Part shown: one piece after another, positions 54,244 to 64,000 of the stretch
Position numbering within the stretch: position 1 is the first letter of the stretch
Layout of the letters: every line of letters starts with the position of its first letter
Assembly (NCBI GenBank): GCA_051546255.1
Contig: CP128816.1
Span: 1,116,001 to 1,180,000 of the forward strand
Reading direction: 5' to 3'
DNA length: 64,000 bases
Origin: Meyerozyma guilliermondii
Lineage: Eukaryota
The notes under the pieces: model-generated
Told to the model about the DNA's origin: nothing
Seen by the model: the letters and a program-made list of their open reading frames with translations, nothing else
The model's database searches: none
Position numbers and translations under genes: made by a program

Positions 54244-54499
54244 CTTATCAAGTTAATATTTCCGTTTGACAGCGCGAACGTGCATATACCGCTGATTGGA
54301 GCCACAGTCAGGGAAGCTGCAAATCAAGCGGGAACACATGTATCGAAGCGTTTTACACTAAATTGAGCTACCGGAACCCATATCCAACCAGAACTTAATG
54401 ATCCTATTGTTAAATGTTTGTGATAAGATCCAAGCCAAGCAGCCGGAACCGCACCCGCTTTAGGCAATAAGCGCTGCGTGTTTGTACTCTGCTGATAAG
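54244..54499. promoter_or_regulatory. Cluster of three GATAAG (nitrogen catabolite repression) sites plus two CCGGAACC direct repeats in a divergent promoter
   Basis: CTTATC at 54244-49, GATAAG at 54422-27 and 54494-99; CCGGAACC at 54371-78 and 54443-50. Confidence 0.6.
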
Positions 54500-54559
54500 A
54501 AGTGGTCAATTTGCAGTTAAATAGCAGCTAAGACTCCAATCTTAATCTAAAGTAAACTT

Positions 54560-55951
54560 ATGACAGTTACAAAGCAATCCCACATTTTTCAAGGTACTGT
54601 TGCAGCCAGAGTTCCTCTGGTAGTTAGCGGTGATGGTATCTACATTACCGTTGAAGATCCCGAAACTGGAGAAAGAACCCAACTTTTAGATGCTATGACT
54701 GGTGCTGCCGTTGGTGCTTTGGGGTGGGGGGACCCTGAAGTGCACAAGATTATGGCCGAAGCCGCTAAAGAAACCCAATACTCTTATCCTGCGTATCTTG
54801 GAAACGACTATGCCGAAGACTTGGCTGAGTTTTATATCAATAATTCTCCCTCGGGTGCGTTTGCTTCTGCTCTCTGGACTGGTTCTGGATCAGAAGCAAA
54901 TGAAAATGCTCTCAAGATTATTCGGCAATATTTCTTGGAGAGAAATATGCCCAAGAAGACCAAATTTGTTTCGAGAAACAGCTCTTATCATGGATACACA
55001 ATTGGTTCCTTGTCAATTGGAAGTTCAGCACGAGCCAAGATGTTTGAGGACATTCTCTTGCCTTCTTCTCAGTGTATCAAGGTTGACCCATGCTACACTT
55101 ATCGAAACAAGCTCGAAGGTGAAACCGATGAGGAATATGGAACCAGATTAATTGACCAGTTTGAACAGGTCATTTTGCGTGAAGGTGCCGATACGGTGGC
55201 AGCGATTATTGTCGAGACTCTTCCTGGCTCTTCATTAGGAACCACACCTCCCCCAAAAAATTATCTACCAGGAATTAGGGCATTGTGCAACAAATACGAC
55301 GTTGTATTCATGTTGGATGAGGTGATGTGTGGAACTGGTCGCGCCAATCCCAATGGAGGATTGAACTGCTGGGAAAACTGGTTGGGCGAAGGTGAAGGCC
55401 CCGATATCCAGCTGGTGGGCAAAACTTTGGGTTCGGGATATGTGACCATTGCCGGGGTTCTTGTGAGCCCAAAGATCCATGCTGCTTATGTAAATGGATC
55501 AGGCACAATCATGGGAGCCCATACTTATTCTGGGCATGCTTTCAACTGCCGAGTTGCTCTTAAGATCCAAGAGAGAGTCAAAGAGTTGAAGTTGACGGAA
55601 AACATTTTCAAAGTTGGTAATTATTTGGGCAAACAACTCAAAGAAAAGTTATCGTCCAGTTCAATAGTGGGCAATGTTCGTGGTATTGGAGGGTTTTGGT
55701 CTGCTGAACTTGTCAAAGACAAGGTGACCAAAGAATGTTTTGACGTTGATTTGAAGGTGGGACCCAATCTTCAAAAAATTTGTTTTTCAAATGGTGTCAC
55801 TGTGATGGGAATGCAAGGTTGCAATAAGGGAGTCGGAGACCATATCATGTTTGCCCCAGCATTTACCCTCACTCACGACCAAGCCGACGAGATTGTGGAG
55901 ATTGTTGTCAAGTCGGTGGCTCAACTTGAGCAAAGTCTTGATATTATATAA
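54560..55951 (+). CDS. Class III PLP-dependent aminotransferase (omega-amino-acid type, substrate unknown)
   Basis: LLDAMTGAAV, SGSEANE, SYHG, LDEVMCGTGR, PDIQ(S)VGKTLGSGY (PLP lysine), HTYSGH, VRGIG and DHIMFAP. Confidence 0.9.
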   Translation: MTVTKQSHIFQGTVAARVPLVVSGDGIYITVEDPETGERTQLLDAMTGAAVGALGWGDPEVHKIMAEAAKETQYSYPAYLGNDYAEDLAEFYINNSPSGAFASALWTGSGSEANENALKIIRQYFLERNMPKKTKFVSRNSSYHGYTIGSLSIGSSARAKMFEDILLPSSQCIKVDPCYTYRNKLEGETDEEYGTRLIDQFEQVILREGADTVAAIIVETLPGSSLGTTPPPKNYLPGIRALCNKYDVVFMLDEVMCGTGRANPNGGLNCWENWLGEGEGPDIQLVGKTLGSGYVTIAGVLVSPKIHAAYVNGSGTIMGAHTYSGHAFNCRVALKIQERVKELKLTENIFKVGNYLGKQLKEKLSSSSIVGNVRGIGGFWSAELVKDKVTKECFDVDLKVGPNLQKICFSNGVTVMGMQGCNKGVGDHIMFAPAFTLTHDQADEIVEIVVKSVAQLEQSLDII

Positions 55952-56107
55952 TATATGCTTATTCACTTTTTCTGCTCATTCACTTTATATGCTTCACTTT
56001 TCGCAGCCGTCACCCGCCGCATTATTTGGTCGTGCGCGCATCGTTTGTCGACGAGACAATTTTTTCAGACCCCAGACAGTTTTGCCAACGAAGGAAGTAA
56101 AGTTAAC

Positions 56108-56563
56108 ATGCCTGTAGACCCCGAAAAATTGGCTAAATTGCAACAAGGAGCCGCCAAGAAGGTTGGTGGACAAAGAGTCAAGGCCAAGAAGGTCAAGAGT
56201 GAGCAAGATGACACCAAGTTGATGGAAGCTTTGGGCAAGTTGAAAGCCACAAAAGTGAATGCCGTTGAAGAAGCCAACTTTTTCAAGGAAGATGGTAAGG
56301 TATTGCACTTCAAGCGTGTTGGTGTTCAAAGCGCTGCTCAGCACAATGTATGTGCGTTCACTGGGTACCCTCAAGAGAAGGATGTGACTCAGTTGATCCC
56401 ACAAATCTTGCCTCAATTGGGAGCTGAAAACTTGGAAATCTTGAGACAATTGGCTGAACAGATCCAGGCTGGTAAGACCCCATCGATGGGCGGAGAGAAC
56501 GCTGGTGCTGACGAGGACATTCCCGATCTTATTGAGGGCCAAAAGTTCGACGAAGTCGAGTAA
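56108..56563 (+). CDS. EGD1: Nascent polypeptide-associated complex beta subunit
   Basis: MPVDPEKLAKLQ...KVGGQR...DDTKL...EEANFFKEDGKVLHF...QLGAENL...IPDLIEGQKFD. Confidence 0.96.
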   Translation: MPVDPEKLAKLQQGAAKKVGGQRVKAKKVKSEQDDTKLMEALGKLKATKVNAVEEANFFKEDGKVLHFKRVGVQSAAQHNVCAFTGYPQEKDVTQLIPQILPQLGAENLEILRQLAEQIQAGKTPSMGGENAGADEDIPDLIEGQKFDEVE

Positions 56564-57256
56564 TTGTACAGAGCATTGGCCAGCAGGGCCGTCAATCCGT
56601 GAGGGCCCGTCAGGGCGTTACACCGATAGCATTGTATATAGAGTGCTAATCAACATGGTGTCTATAATGTAGCCAAGAAGAATACAACTTATCCAAGAAT
56701 ACACCGAAGAAAAGCTAAAGCTGAAGTGTATTCACTACACTCATCGGTATTCAGATTTTCATTCATCAGCGTTCAGATTATCATTCATAAGATAATTGTC
56801 TTTCATCGTATCCACCACAGTAATCTGCCAAGACTTCGTATTTGTCTGCGGCTTACTGCACAATATGGTTCGATGGCTGCAAGGATCTGCAGCGAAGTGG
56901 AGAAATGCCAGAATTTTGTCACGTCTTCTCCTATTTGGTCTTGGCTTGACTTTTGGTTTTCGCCGTAATTGCCGATTCCGCAACTTGGAAAATTCGCAGC
57001 CATTAATGGCGCGGTTAGCAATCGTTCTCTATTGCAATTGACTATCATTTACGGCTCAATGCCTGGGCATGTATCTTTCCTTACTTCTCCTTAGGAAGAT
57101 TCTGCATTCCAAGCCCCGGCACGATGTCGGTTCGGCGTATATACCGGCTGGAATTTGGCAGCAAGCATCGGCTCAAAGCCACTTTTGCGACCACATATAA
57201 AATGCCGGAGCATCCACCCATCCCTTAAATATTTACAATTGCAACCCAATTACAAA

Positions 57257-58945
57257 ATGACACTTTCTAAACACTTTGACGTGGAGGAAATCACCCATAA
57301 ACTCCTCAATAGAACCCCAAAGACTACTCTATCCAAGGATCAACATTTCTTGTCGGCCTACGATTCCAACCAGGTGATTCCCAAATTTCTGATTCCGGAA
57401 AACTCCACCGATGCCGAACTCGTGTACAAGTATCTCCTGGAGGAATTGACATTGGATGGAATTCCCACGCTTAACTTGGCTTCGTTTGTGACCACCACCA
57501 TCAATGATTTTCCTAAGCGGTTGGCGGTGGAGAATCTCACGAAAAACTTGGCAGATAACGATGAATATCCTTCATTGATCGAGTTCCAAAACAGATGTAT
57601 TTCCATCTTATCCAACTTGTGGCACGCTCCTACAACCCCACATCCAGAAACTGGGGTTAGCGTTCCTACCACCATTGGTGCCGCTACCACCGGTTCATCC
57701 GAAGCCATCATGTTGGGTGGATTGGCGTTGAAAAAAAGCTGGCAATTGCGTCAGAAGGCTGCTGGAAAGTCCACCGAGAACCCCAACATTATCATGGCTT
57801 CTTGTGCTCAGGTTGCGTTGGAGAAGTTTGCTCGTTACTTTGATGTCGAAGACCGGATTGTGCCCATCAGTAAAGAGTCCCGCCATGTGATCGACGTTTC
57901 CAAAATCAAGGAGAATATTGACGAGAACACCATTGGTATTTTTGTGATTTTGGGATCTACATTTAACGGTGCTTTTGAACCAGTGGAGCAAATTGCCAAG
58001 TTGTTGGATGAGGTTGAAAAGGAAAAAGGTCTTGATATCAAGATCCATGTTGATGGGGCCCTGGGAGCGTTTGTGGCTCCATTCTTGTTCCCCAATCTCA
58101 AGTGGGATTTCGCAGTTGACCGGGTGGTTTCCATCAATACTTCGGGCCACAAGTTTGGATTGACATCTGCCGGATTGGGATGGGTGATTTGGAGAGACGC
58201 CAAGCAATTGCCCGAGAACCTTCGGTTCAAATTGGACTATTTGGGAGGAGTGGAAGAAACGTTTGGACTCAATTTCTCTCGTCCTGGGTTTCAAGTGGTA
58301 CACCAATACTACAACCTTTTACACTTGGGTCGTGACGGATACACCAAAATTTTTGAAAGTTGTCAACAAAATGCCCGTTTGTTGGCAAATGTTTTAGAAA
58401 AGAGTGAGTACTACGATGTGGTCTCCGAGATTCACAAGAAAGTTGACACAAAGAGACAAGATGAGTTGTATACCTTGAAAGGAACCCGTAGTGAAAATGA
58501 AGGCTACGAACCTGGTTTACCAGTGATTGCCTTTAAGCTCAAAGACGAGATTCGGAAAAAGTATCCCGAATTGCCACAACTGATCATTTCATTGTTGTTG
58601 AGAAACAAGGGATTTATTGTTCCAAATTACCATTTCCCAGCCAACGAACAAAATGTTGAAATCTTGAGAGTTGTTGTTAAGGAATCTTTGAGTTTGAATC
58701 TTCTCGACAAATTAATGACAGACATCATTGAGTCTACGGAATTACTTTTGAACGCCTGTACCACTGCCAGGGAAATTGTTAAGCACCATGGATCAGAGAA
58801 AGAGCAACACGCGCTCATTTACGAAATTTTACTTTCAATCGCCTCAGGTGGGGTTGAGGACGTTAAGGCTGCTCAGCATGCCGCGTATGACAAGGAAGGC
58901 ACCGGTCACAGAAAACACAAGAAATCGTACCGTGGAGCGTGTTAA
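57257..58945 (+). CDS. GAD1: Glutamate decarboxylase
   Basis: LNLASFVTT, KNLADNDEYP, TTGSSEAIMLGGLA, IHVDGA(S)GAFVAPF, SINTSGHKFG (PLP lysine), LNFSRPG and C-terminal YRGAC. ATG at 57257. Confidence 0.95.
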   Translation: MTLSKHFDVEEITHKLLNRTPKTTLSKDQHFLSAYDSNQVIPKFLIPENSTDAELVYKYLLEELTLDGIPTLNLASFVTTTINDFPKRLAVENLTKNLADNDEYPSLIEFQNRCISILSNLWHAPTTPHPETGVSVPTTIGAATTGSSEAIMLGGLALKKSWQLRQKAAGKSTENPNIIMASCAQVALEKFARYFDVEDRIVPISKESRHVIDVSKIKENIDENTIGIFVILGSTFNGAFEPVEQIAKLLDEVEKEKGLDIKIHVDGALGAFVAPFLFPNLKWDFAVDRVVSINTSGHKFGLTSAGLGWVIWRDAKQLPENLRFKLDYLGGVEETFGLNFSRPGFQVVHQYYNLLHLGRDGYTKIFESCQQNARLLANVLEKSEYYDVVSEIHKKVDTKRQDELYTLKGTRSENEGYEPGLPVIAFKLKDEIRKKYPELPQLIISLLLRNKGFIVPNYHFPANEQNVEILRVVVKESLSLNLLDKLMTDIIESTELLLNACTTAREIVKHHGSEKEQHALIYEILLSIASGGVEDVKAAQHAAYDKEGTGHRKHKKSYRGAC

Positions 58946-59058
58946 ATATGTATATGGTATTTTTATGGAAATGGGTAGCAACCTTATGTAAGTGATCACC
59001 CGTACTCCGCAATATATAAGGAGATGCGGCACCGAAAAATATATTCCTTCCAATTGCT

Positions 59059-59871
59059 ATGGCACATTCTGATTTAAACAGTCACAAGGTTTTCACCATT
59101 GTTTCCTGGGTGTTATCGGTTTATGGTACCCTCAGATACCTCGTGGGACGTTCTCCTGCTGACAAGCATAATGGATTCCATGTAAATGATACTCCATTCA
59201 CCGCCAACATTCTTGTTACTTTTATCTACTGGGTGGTTTTGTTCTTGATGCAATTGCTGTTTGTGAGCCAGGTATTTGTTCCTGCTGCCAACAATGAGGG
59301 CGATGCTCGGTTGGACTACTCGAGAAAGGTGGGATGGCATTTCACTCTTTTCAACGTGGGCCACTTTTTGTGGTCAATTTTGTTTGCTCGCAAGCATTTT
59401 GTGTGGAGTGAAATCGTATTGATCCTCAACTTTTTCAACATCTTGTCATTGTATGCCACTCACAAAACTTATTCGATCAAGCCATTGAAGGTTTGGGCAT
59501 TGATCCATCTTCCAACCGCAGCACTCCCCTTCTCGTGGTTGTTGCTCGCAATCTTCTGGAACGGAGCAGTTATGTTCCACGTCCACAAGTTTGTGGGCCG
59601 TGTGGTGAGCAATGTGCTTATTTGGGACTTTTTGCTTGCTCCCGGCTTGTTGTTGGTGGCCTATAACGATTGGGGTGTCGGATTCAGTTCTGCCGCACTC
59701 ATGTTTGGGTTGGGTTTGGGCCAATTTTTCACCAAGGTTTTCGCTTTGCAATGGATTTTCGCCTTTGTGATTGCCGGCGTGTTGTTTGTGTTGAGTGCAA
59801 TTGCTGCCATCACCGGCTCATTGGGCACCTCCAGAGCCGTTGTTGACGAAGAAGCCCCCTTGTTGACATGA
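59059..59871 (+). CDS. Fungal multi-pass membrane protein (DUF1774-like)
   Basis: About 8 TM segments with TPFTAN, VGWHFTLFN, WSEIVLILNFFN, AIFWNGAV, ALQWIFAFVI and C-terminal EEAPLL (dileucine sorting motif). Confidence 0.75.
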   Translation: MAHSDLNSHKVFTIVSWVLSVYGTLRYLVGRSPADKHNGFHVNDTPFTANILVTFIYWVVLFLMQLLFVSQVFVPAANNEGDARLDYSRKVGWHFTLFNVGHFLWSILFARKHFVWSEIVLILNFFNILSLYATHKTYSIKPLKVWALIHLPTAALPFSWLLLAIFWNGAVMFHVHKFVGRVVSNVLIWDFLLAPGLLLVAYNDWGVGFSSAALMFGLGLGQFFTKVFALQWIFAFVIAGVLFVLSAIAAITGSLGTSRAVVDEEAPLLT

Positions 59872-59903
59872 TATGATCCTCAGTTTTATTTACATAGTTA
59901 GTT

Positions 59904-60140
59904 TTATGTACCTTTAGGCTGAACCATTTTTTTGATCATTTGTTGCCTCACCACTTCTGGTGACCGGTTCATGGCTACTGCGGTATACGTCAAAAGACTG
60001 TCGTGTTGTCCAAGCGACGCATATGTGTCCCTATGAATATTGGTTACAAACTCTTCGCGGGGAGTGTCCGGGTCGCCGAGGCCAATATATCGGGCTTTAT
60101 TGGCCGAGTAAAGCCTGGCGTCTTTAACCTTGTCAGCCAT
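59904..60140 (-). CDS. YSF3: SF3b subunit Ysf3/Rcp10 (SF3B5)
   Basis: MADK...KARYIGLG.PDT..EF.TNIHRDTYASL..H...MIKKMVQP, 78 aa. Confidence 0.9.
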   Translation of the reverse strand: MADKVKDARLYSANKARYIGLGDPDTPREEFVTNIHRDTYASLGQHDSLLTYTAVAMNRSPEVVRQQMIKKMVQPKGT

Positions 60141-60724
60141 GAAAAAAGAATCCGCGCCCAGCCGAATTCAGCGCGATGGCGTGGGGTAAGGCGGTGTGCA
60201 GGAGCGGCGATCCGGGGCAGGAATCAAAGAAGTAGGTACTATACGACACATTAAGTTCTACGTTCAAAAAGGGGAACATAAAAAGACGGAGTGAACGAGA
60301 AGTATGCAAAAAACTAGACAAAAATCTGTTTTTGTGGTTGCTTTTAACCTTTGTACCTTTCTCAGCCCCCCCTCACCGGTGTCCGGGCGTGGACGGCATT
60401 CGTTCCAAAGGTGGGGTTGAATGAGGAGGTAAATGTTGGCCGGGCTCCACACGTCACGCTGCGTGAATTCTGGGGTACAAACTTTTGATTCTTTTTGAGG
60501 TCCATCAGTTGAATTTTTAAACACCCACCATCCCATTGGTGCCCGCCGTATCTCTAGTTATCAAGTCGTGCCTTCACCACAGATAGCCGCTGCAATTTGA
60601 TAAACTATCTGCCTGCCCAATTTGAAATTCAATTTCGATTTTACATTTCCGATTTACTTTTTTCATTTTACATTTTTAAGGGCTTCCTTTTTCATTCACC
60701 ACGACTCCGATAAACTACACTGTG

Positions 60725-61783
60725 ATGTCCGTACAGCGGAGATCTTCTGGATTATTCGCCAAACCTTGTGGTAAGCCACCGGGGCGCAAAAAGTCAATGG
60801 GAAACCGGTCACAATCTTCGACTCTTCCCTTCGATGTCAAACTGCTAGTCAACGATAACGACGACGCGTCGTTGGAGGTGTTCAAAATGTACCATCACAA
60901 GCATTATTTACCACATAATCAGCGTATCGCCAATATCGCTTGGCGAATCCAGAACAAAAAATTATTGGAACGCTTACAAACCGCACCTCCAACGGTCCCC
61001 ACACAAGCTGATATCTTCTCAGACCCGTTCTCGTCATCGCTGACCGCTCAAGAACCATCGCTTCAGTTCTTCAACGATCCCAATTTTGACGAATTTGATT
61101 ATGTCGCCCATATCCGCCGCATCAGCCAAGAAGTATACGGTCAACCGGGACTGGAAAAAGTGGTACCAGTAGAGGACCCGGGCCTCTGCTCTCCCGACTC
61201 CAATCCAAACTCTCTTGCATCGCAAACCTCATCGCTTTTTTCCAGCTCGGTGCCCAAGTCCGCTCATTCTAACACCCAGGCCGATTTGGCCCCACGCAAC
61301 GACGACGGCAACATTCTTGCATCGTACATCGATTCACTCGAGTCTTCCATCAAAAAATCGGAAAATAGCCCCAAAAAATCGTTCCAGTGTAACAACTGTC
61401 AAACCCGCACCACCCCGCTTTGGAGAAGGGCCAATAATGGAGATCTCTTGTGTAATGCATGTGGTTTGTTCTACAAGCTCCACGGTGTATTACGACCGGT
61501 GCAGAACAAATTTACACCCAAGGATCAAAACCAACCAGTAATTCGTGATGATTCAATACTGCACAACAACATGAGTCTTTTCAATAATCTCAAGCATGAA
61601 CATATAAGTCCCGATATTGTATCCCATCACCATCACTATGATACCGAACCACAACCTCCTCCACAACAATCCTACGAAAATGGTGAAATCGACAACATGC
61701 TCAATATGAACATGTTTGAGTCGGAAAATGTCCACAAGGCTAATAATGAATGGAACTGGCTTGATTTTGATCCAGTACAGTAA
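60725..61783 (+). CDS. GATA zinc-finger transcription factor, Gat1/AreA-like
   Basis: AreA-type N-terminal motif [25 protein letters not shown], finger [14 protein letters not shown]...[13 protein letters not shown] and C-terminal EWNWLDF. Confidence 0.88.
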   Translation: MSVQRRSSGLFAKPCGKPPGRKKSMGNRSQSSTLPFDVKLLVNDNDDASLEVFKMYHHKHYLPHNQRIANIAWRIQNKKLLERLQTAPPTVPTQADIFSDPFSSSLTAQEPSLQFFNDPNFDEFDYVAHIRRISQEVYGQPGLEKVVPVEDPGLCSPDSNPNSLASQTSSLFSSSVPKSAHSNTQADLAPRNDDGNILASYIDSLESSIKKSENSPKKSFQCNNCQTRTTPLWRRANNGDLLCNACGLFYKLHGVLRPVQNKFTPKDQNQPVIRDDSILHNNMSLFNNLKHEHISPDIVSHHHHYDTEPQPPPQQSYENGEIDNMLNMNMFESENVHKANNEWNWLDFDPVQ

Positions 61784-61798
61784 TAGATGCGTATAGAA

Positions 61799-62881
61799 CT
61801 AATTGGATTCGTATTTAACTATTCCCTTTTTGCCCGACTTGATCACTTGAAGGTACAAATCAAGAAGATTACCGTCTTTAAACTCCAATAATGTAGCAGG
61901 TGGAACCTGTAATTTACCCAGCTTATACAACTTGATAACGGCATTCAAAGTATCGATCTTCAGTTGTGGATTCCTCTTTGTGTTTCCAGTAAGAAAGTAA
62001 CCATGAGTGGTCAAGTTGTTATACTGCTGCCATCTCAGTGGATAAGTAATGGGATCATTAGTCAATGCTCCGTAGGTTACCATGGCTCCATCAGGACTCA
62101 ACATGAGAAAAAGAGCCGTAGCCAGTGCTCCACCAAGACAATTGATAGCGAGTCTGACGTTTCCACCATTGAAAATTGATTTGAGTTCATTGTTGCGAAA
62201 TTGTTCAGATTGAGCTTGTTCCTCGGTGATGACCGCGGTAGCTCCAAGCAGTTTGAGTTCACTAACAATCTCGTCGTGGTTTGGTTTTCCTCCACGAATA
62301 ACCGACAAGACATTGACATTCAACAAGCGAGCAAATTGAGTCAAAAACTGGGCTACATGTGAACCTCCGGCATTTTGAACGATCCAATCTTTTCCATCAG
62401 AATTCCAGTCTTTGACGTAATTGTGCACCAATTGGTACGCAGTAGGTGGATTCACCGATAACGTGGCACCCTCAATTTTTTTCAAACCACCTTCTCCGGC
62501 ACTTTTCACCTTGAAAAGAGGTTCAGGTCCTCCCTCTGGATAATCTACAAGAACATGGGTTCTCCAGGTTCCCAATCTACCAGAAGTCAAAATAACCCAA
62601 TCGCCTTCAGAATAACCCTTAATGTTCTTCCCTACCTTGGTAACCTCGAAAACACCCTCGTTTCCAGCCACGTGAACAACCGGGTCAGTTTCGGACAACT
62701 TTACTTTGGGTGGAAATGCTCCATAGACCCCTCTAATCAAGAGCAAATCTGAAGGATTGATGGGGGTTGCAAGTGTTTTTAAGAGGATTTGATTCAGTTC
62801 CACGGCACTTGGAACCGTGAATTTAGTCACTTCCAAATCCTCCACATCTTTGGTGTGGTCTCCATATGTAATTGCAGACAT
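61799..62881 (-). CDS. Etr1-like 2-enoyl thioester reductase (MDR family)
   Basis: PINPSDL...GVY, AGNEGVFEV, LGTWRT, SVNPPTAYQL, DWIVQNAGGS and MVTYGA. The first ATG (62881) gives no obvious presequence. Confidence 0.85.
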   Translation of the reverse strand: MSAITYGDHTKDVEDLEVTKFTVPSAVELNQILLKTLATPINPSDLLLIRGVYGAFPPKVKLSETDPVVHVAGNEGVFEVTKVGKNIKGYSEGDWVILTSGRLGTWRTHVLVDYPEGGPEPLFKVKSAGEGGLKKIEGATLSVNPPTAYQLVHNYVKDWNSDGKDWIVQNAGGSHVAQFLTQFARLLNVNVLSVIRGGKPNHDEIVSELKLLGATAVITEEQAQSEQFRNNELKSIFNGGNVRLAINCLGGALATALFLMLSPDGAMVTYGALTNDPITYPLRWQQYNNLTTHGYFLTGNTKRNPQLKIDTLNAVIKLYKLGKLQVPPATLLEFKDGNLLDLYLQVIKSGKKGIVKYESN

Positions 62882-63570
62882 GTAAATTAGTGGAGATAAA
62901 GTTAGTAAGCACCTAGTACATGCAGTCCGGAGCTCGGAGAAGCCTGTTTTTAGCCGATTATCGATTCTGTCTTGGCCTGTATACACCGATGCTCGTCTCG
63001 CAAAACGATGCTCATTTTGCCTGCATACCTAGGTTCCCGTGGAACCCATTAGTCATAAAGCACGACTAAAAATATGCAGTGGTTCCTAACTTTATTTCAT
63101 TGTGAAATTTAGTGCCCTTGAACGCACAGCCTTGATGACCAACAAGATCAAGAAAAATCGCCATAAAAAAACCTTCCGAATCCCAACCGGTCACCTTTAT
63201 ACTCATATCATCTTCTCTTCTCTTCCTCCTCTTCCTTTTCCTTCTCTCTCTGCCCCCTGGCTCGCTTCGCTCGGGTTTAGTCCCTTCGCACATGCGGGTG
63301 TTTGGCTGTCGCGTGTTTACCATATACCCGCATCGGGAACTTTTAACTTACGAAGAACAGCCACCATCCTTTGTCTATGGCCAAAAACCACCACCCAGCA
63401 ATTCTAGGGCCCTGCCTAAACTAAAAAATAGGATTTCAACCCTGGATTTCTCACCAACATACCTCAAACATCCTGCGTCCCGCCCGTAACGACAAATCTA
63501 ATTATAGCGCCGCATCGCCGCCGCAAAGAAAAAACATTCTTTCCCACGTTACCAATTATATCTTAAGGAT

Positions 63571-64000
63571 ATGGGACTCTTTTCGAAGCTCAAGGAACAA
63601 CCCCGTCCTTTCTCCCATAACCGCAACAACACACTTTCCTCGGTTGGTGACTTTCTGCTGACAACTTCCAACTCGTCGTACTCTTCAACCGACTTGCATA
63701 CCACCAAACAGCCTATTGACTCCGTCAATAAGGTACCTCTCGCTCTCCAACCGGCCTCAGATATTCCGGTGGTGACTCAATTGCTGCCTGACCCTCGGGG
63801 TACTCATAGAACGTCTCCACAACCATCCCCATACCGGGGCACTTCGCCTCAAGCTTCGCCTCAAAGTCGAAGAGGACCGGCCTACCAGGCGCAGCCATAT
63901 AACGGTCCTGTCAATCTGCATTTCCAGCTGGGAAACCAGCCGGTTCCGGTATCTGAACTGGTCCATCAACCGACTCAAGTTCCACAAGTTCCTCTGGCCT
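63571..64000 (+). CDS. 5' part of an unidentified Ser/Pro/Gln-rich protein; runs off the right edge
   Basis: Absent from the track. The frame is open from ATG 63571 (MGLFSKLKEQPRPFSHNRNNTLSS...SPQPSPYRGTSPQASPQ...) for 143 codons to the window end. Confidence 0.65.
   Translation, partial: MGLFSKLKEQPRPFSHNRNNTLSSVGDFLLTTSNSSYSSTDLHTTKQPIDSVNKVPLALQPASDIPVVTQLLPDPRGTHRTSPQPSPYRGTSPQASPQSRRGPAYQAQPYNGPVNLHFQLGNQPVPVSELVHQPTQVPQVPLA

Noticed and set aside
55994..56542. 182-aa antisense ORF over EGD1 (likewise 57695-58306 over GAD1)
   Set aside because: Same codon-bias shadow effect.
56726..57048. Several overlapping short ORFs and a two-copy ~22-bp repeat (TTCAGATTWTCATTCAT) between EGD1 and GAD1; considered as a C/D snoRNA on the minus strand
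   Set aside because: The TGATGA and CTGA boxes are too close together for a snoRNA and the ORFs lack coding character. Most likely GAD1 promoter sequence.

Overview
A compact, gene-dense stretch of a budding-yeast nuclear chromosome. Several conserved Ser positions are encoded by CTG, so this is a CUG-Ser (CTG-clade) yeast and the supplied ORF track mistranslates every CTG as Leu. The proteins look to me like Meyerozyma (Candida/Pichia) guilliermondii or a close relative, which is recollection rather than a database result. About 35 protein-coding genes are supportable. In order they are: partial KRE6/SKN1, ATG9, NOP14, NCE102, NAS6, a Snf3/Rgt2/Hgt4-type sugar sensor, NUS1, an unknown ORF, MOD5 (44-nt intron), RIM20, CEF1, EFR3, CAF20, TMA16, a 1357-aa repeat-containing putative mitochondrial protein, an RGS protein, an unknown 872-aa protein, ARG5,6, OCA4, MSO1, MSS116, FMP52, SLP1, RAI1, catalase, a Ser/Gly/Ala-rich ORF, CWC2, PRP28, an MCH1-like MFS transporter, a class III aminotransferase, EGD1, GAD1, a DUF1774-like protein, YSF3, a Gat1-like GATA factor, an ETR1-like reductase and a partial ORF. 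I saw no rRNA, tRNA, CRISPR array or transposon. The main non-coding signal is a GC-rich, hairpin-dense intergenic stretch (about 12.55-13.3 kb) containing ACACCAGTACACCA. This is 1.75 copies of the complement of the 8-nt telomere repeat reported for C. guilliermondii, making it a candidate telomerase RNA. Other highlights are a GATA-site-rich nitrogen neighbourhood (MFS transporter, aminotransferase, GAD1, GATA factor), an unrecognised ~100-aa repeat in a large putative mitochondrial protein, dual AUGs plus a mini-intron in MOD5, and overlapping stop codons of CWC2 and PRP28.
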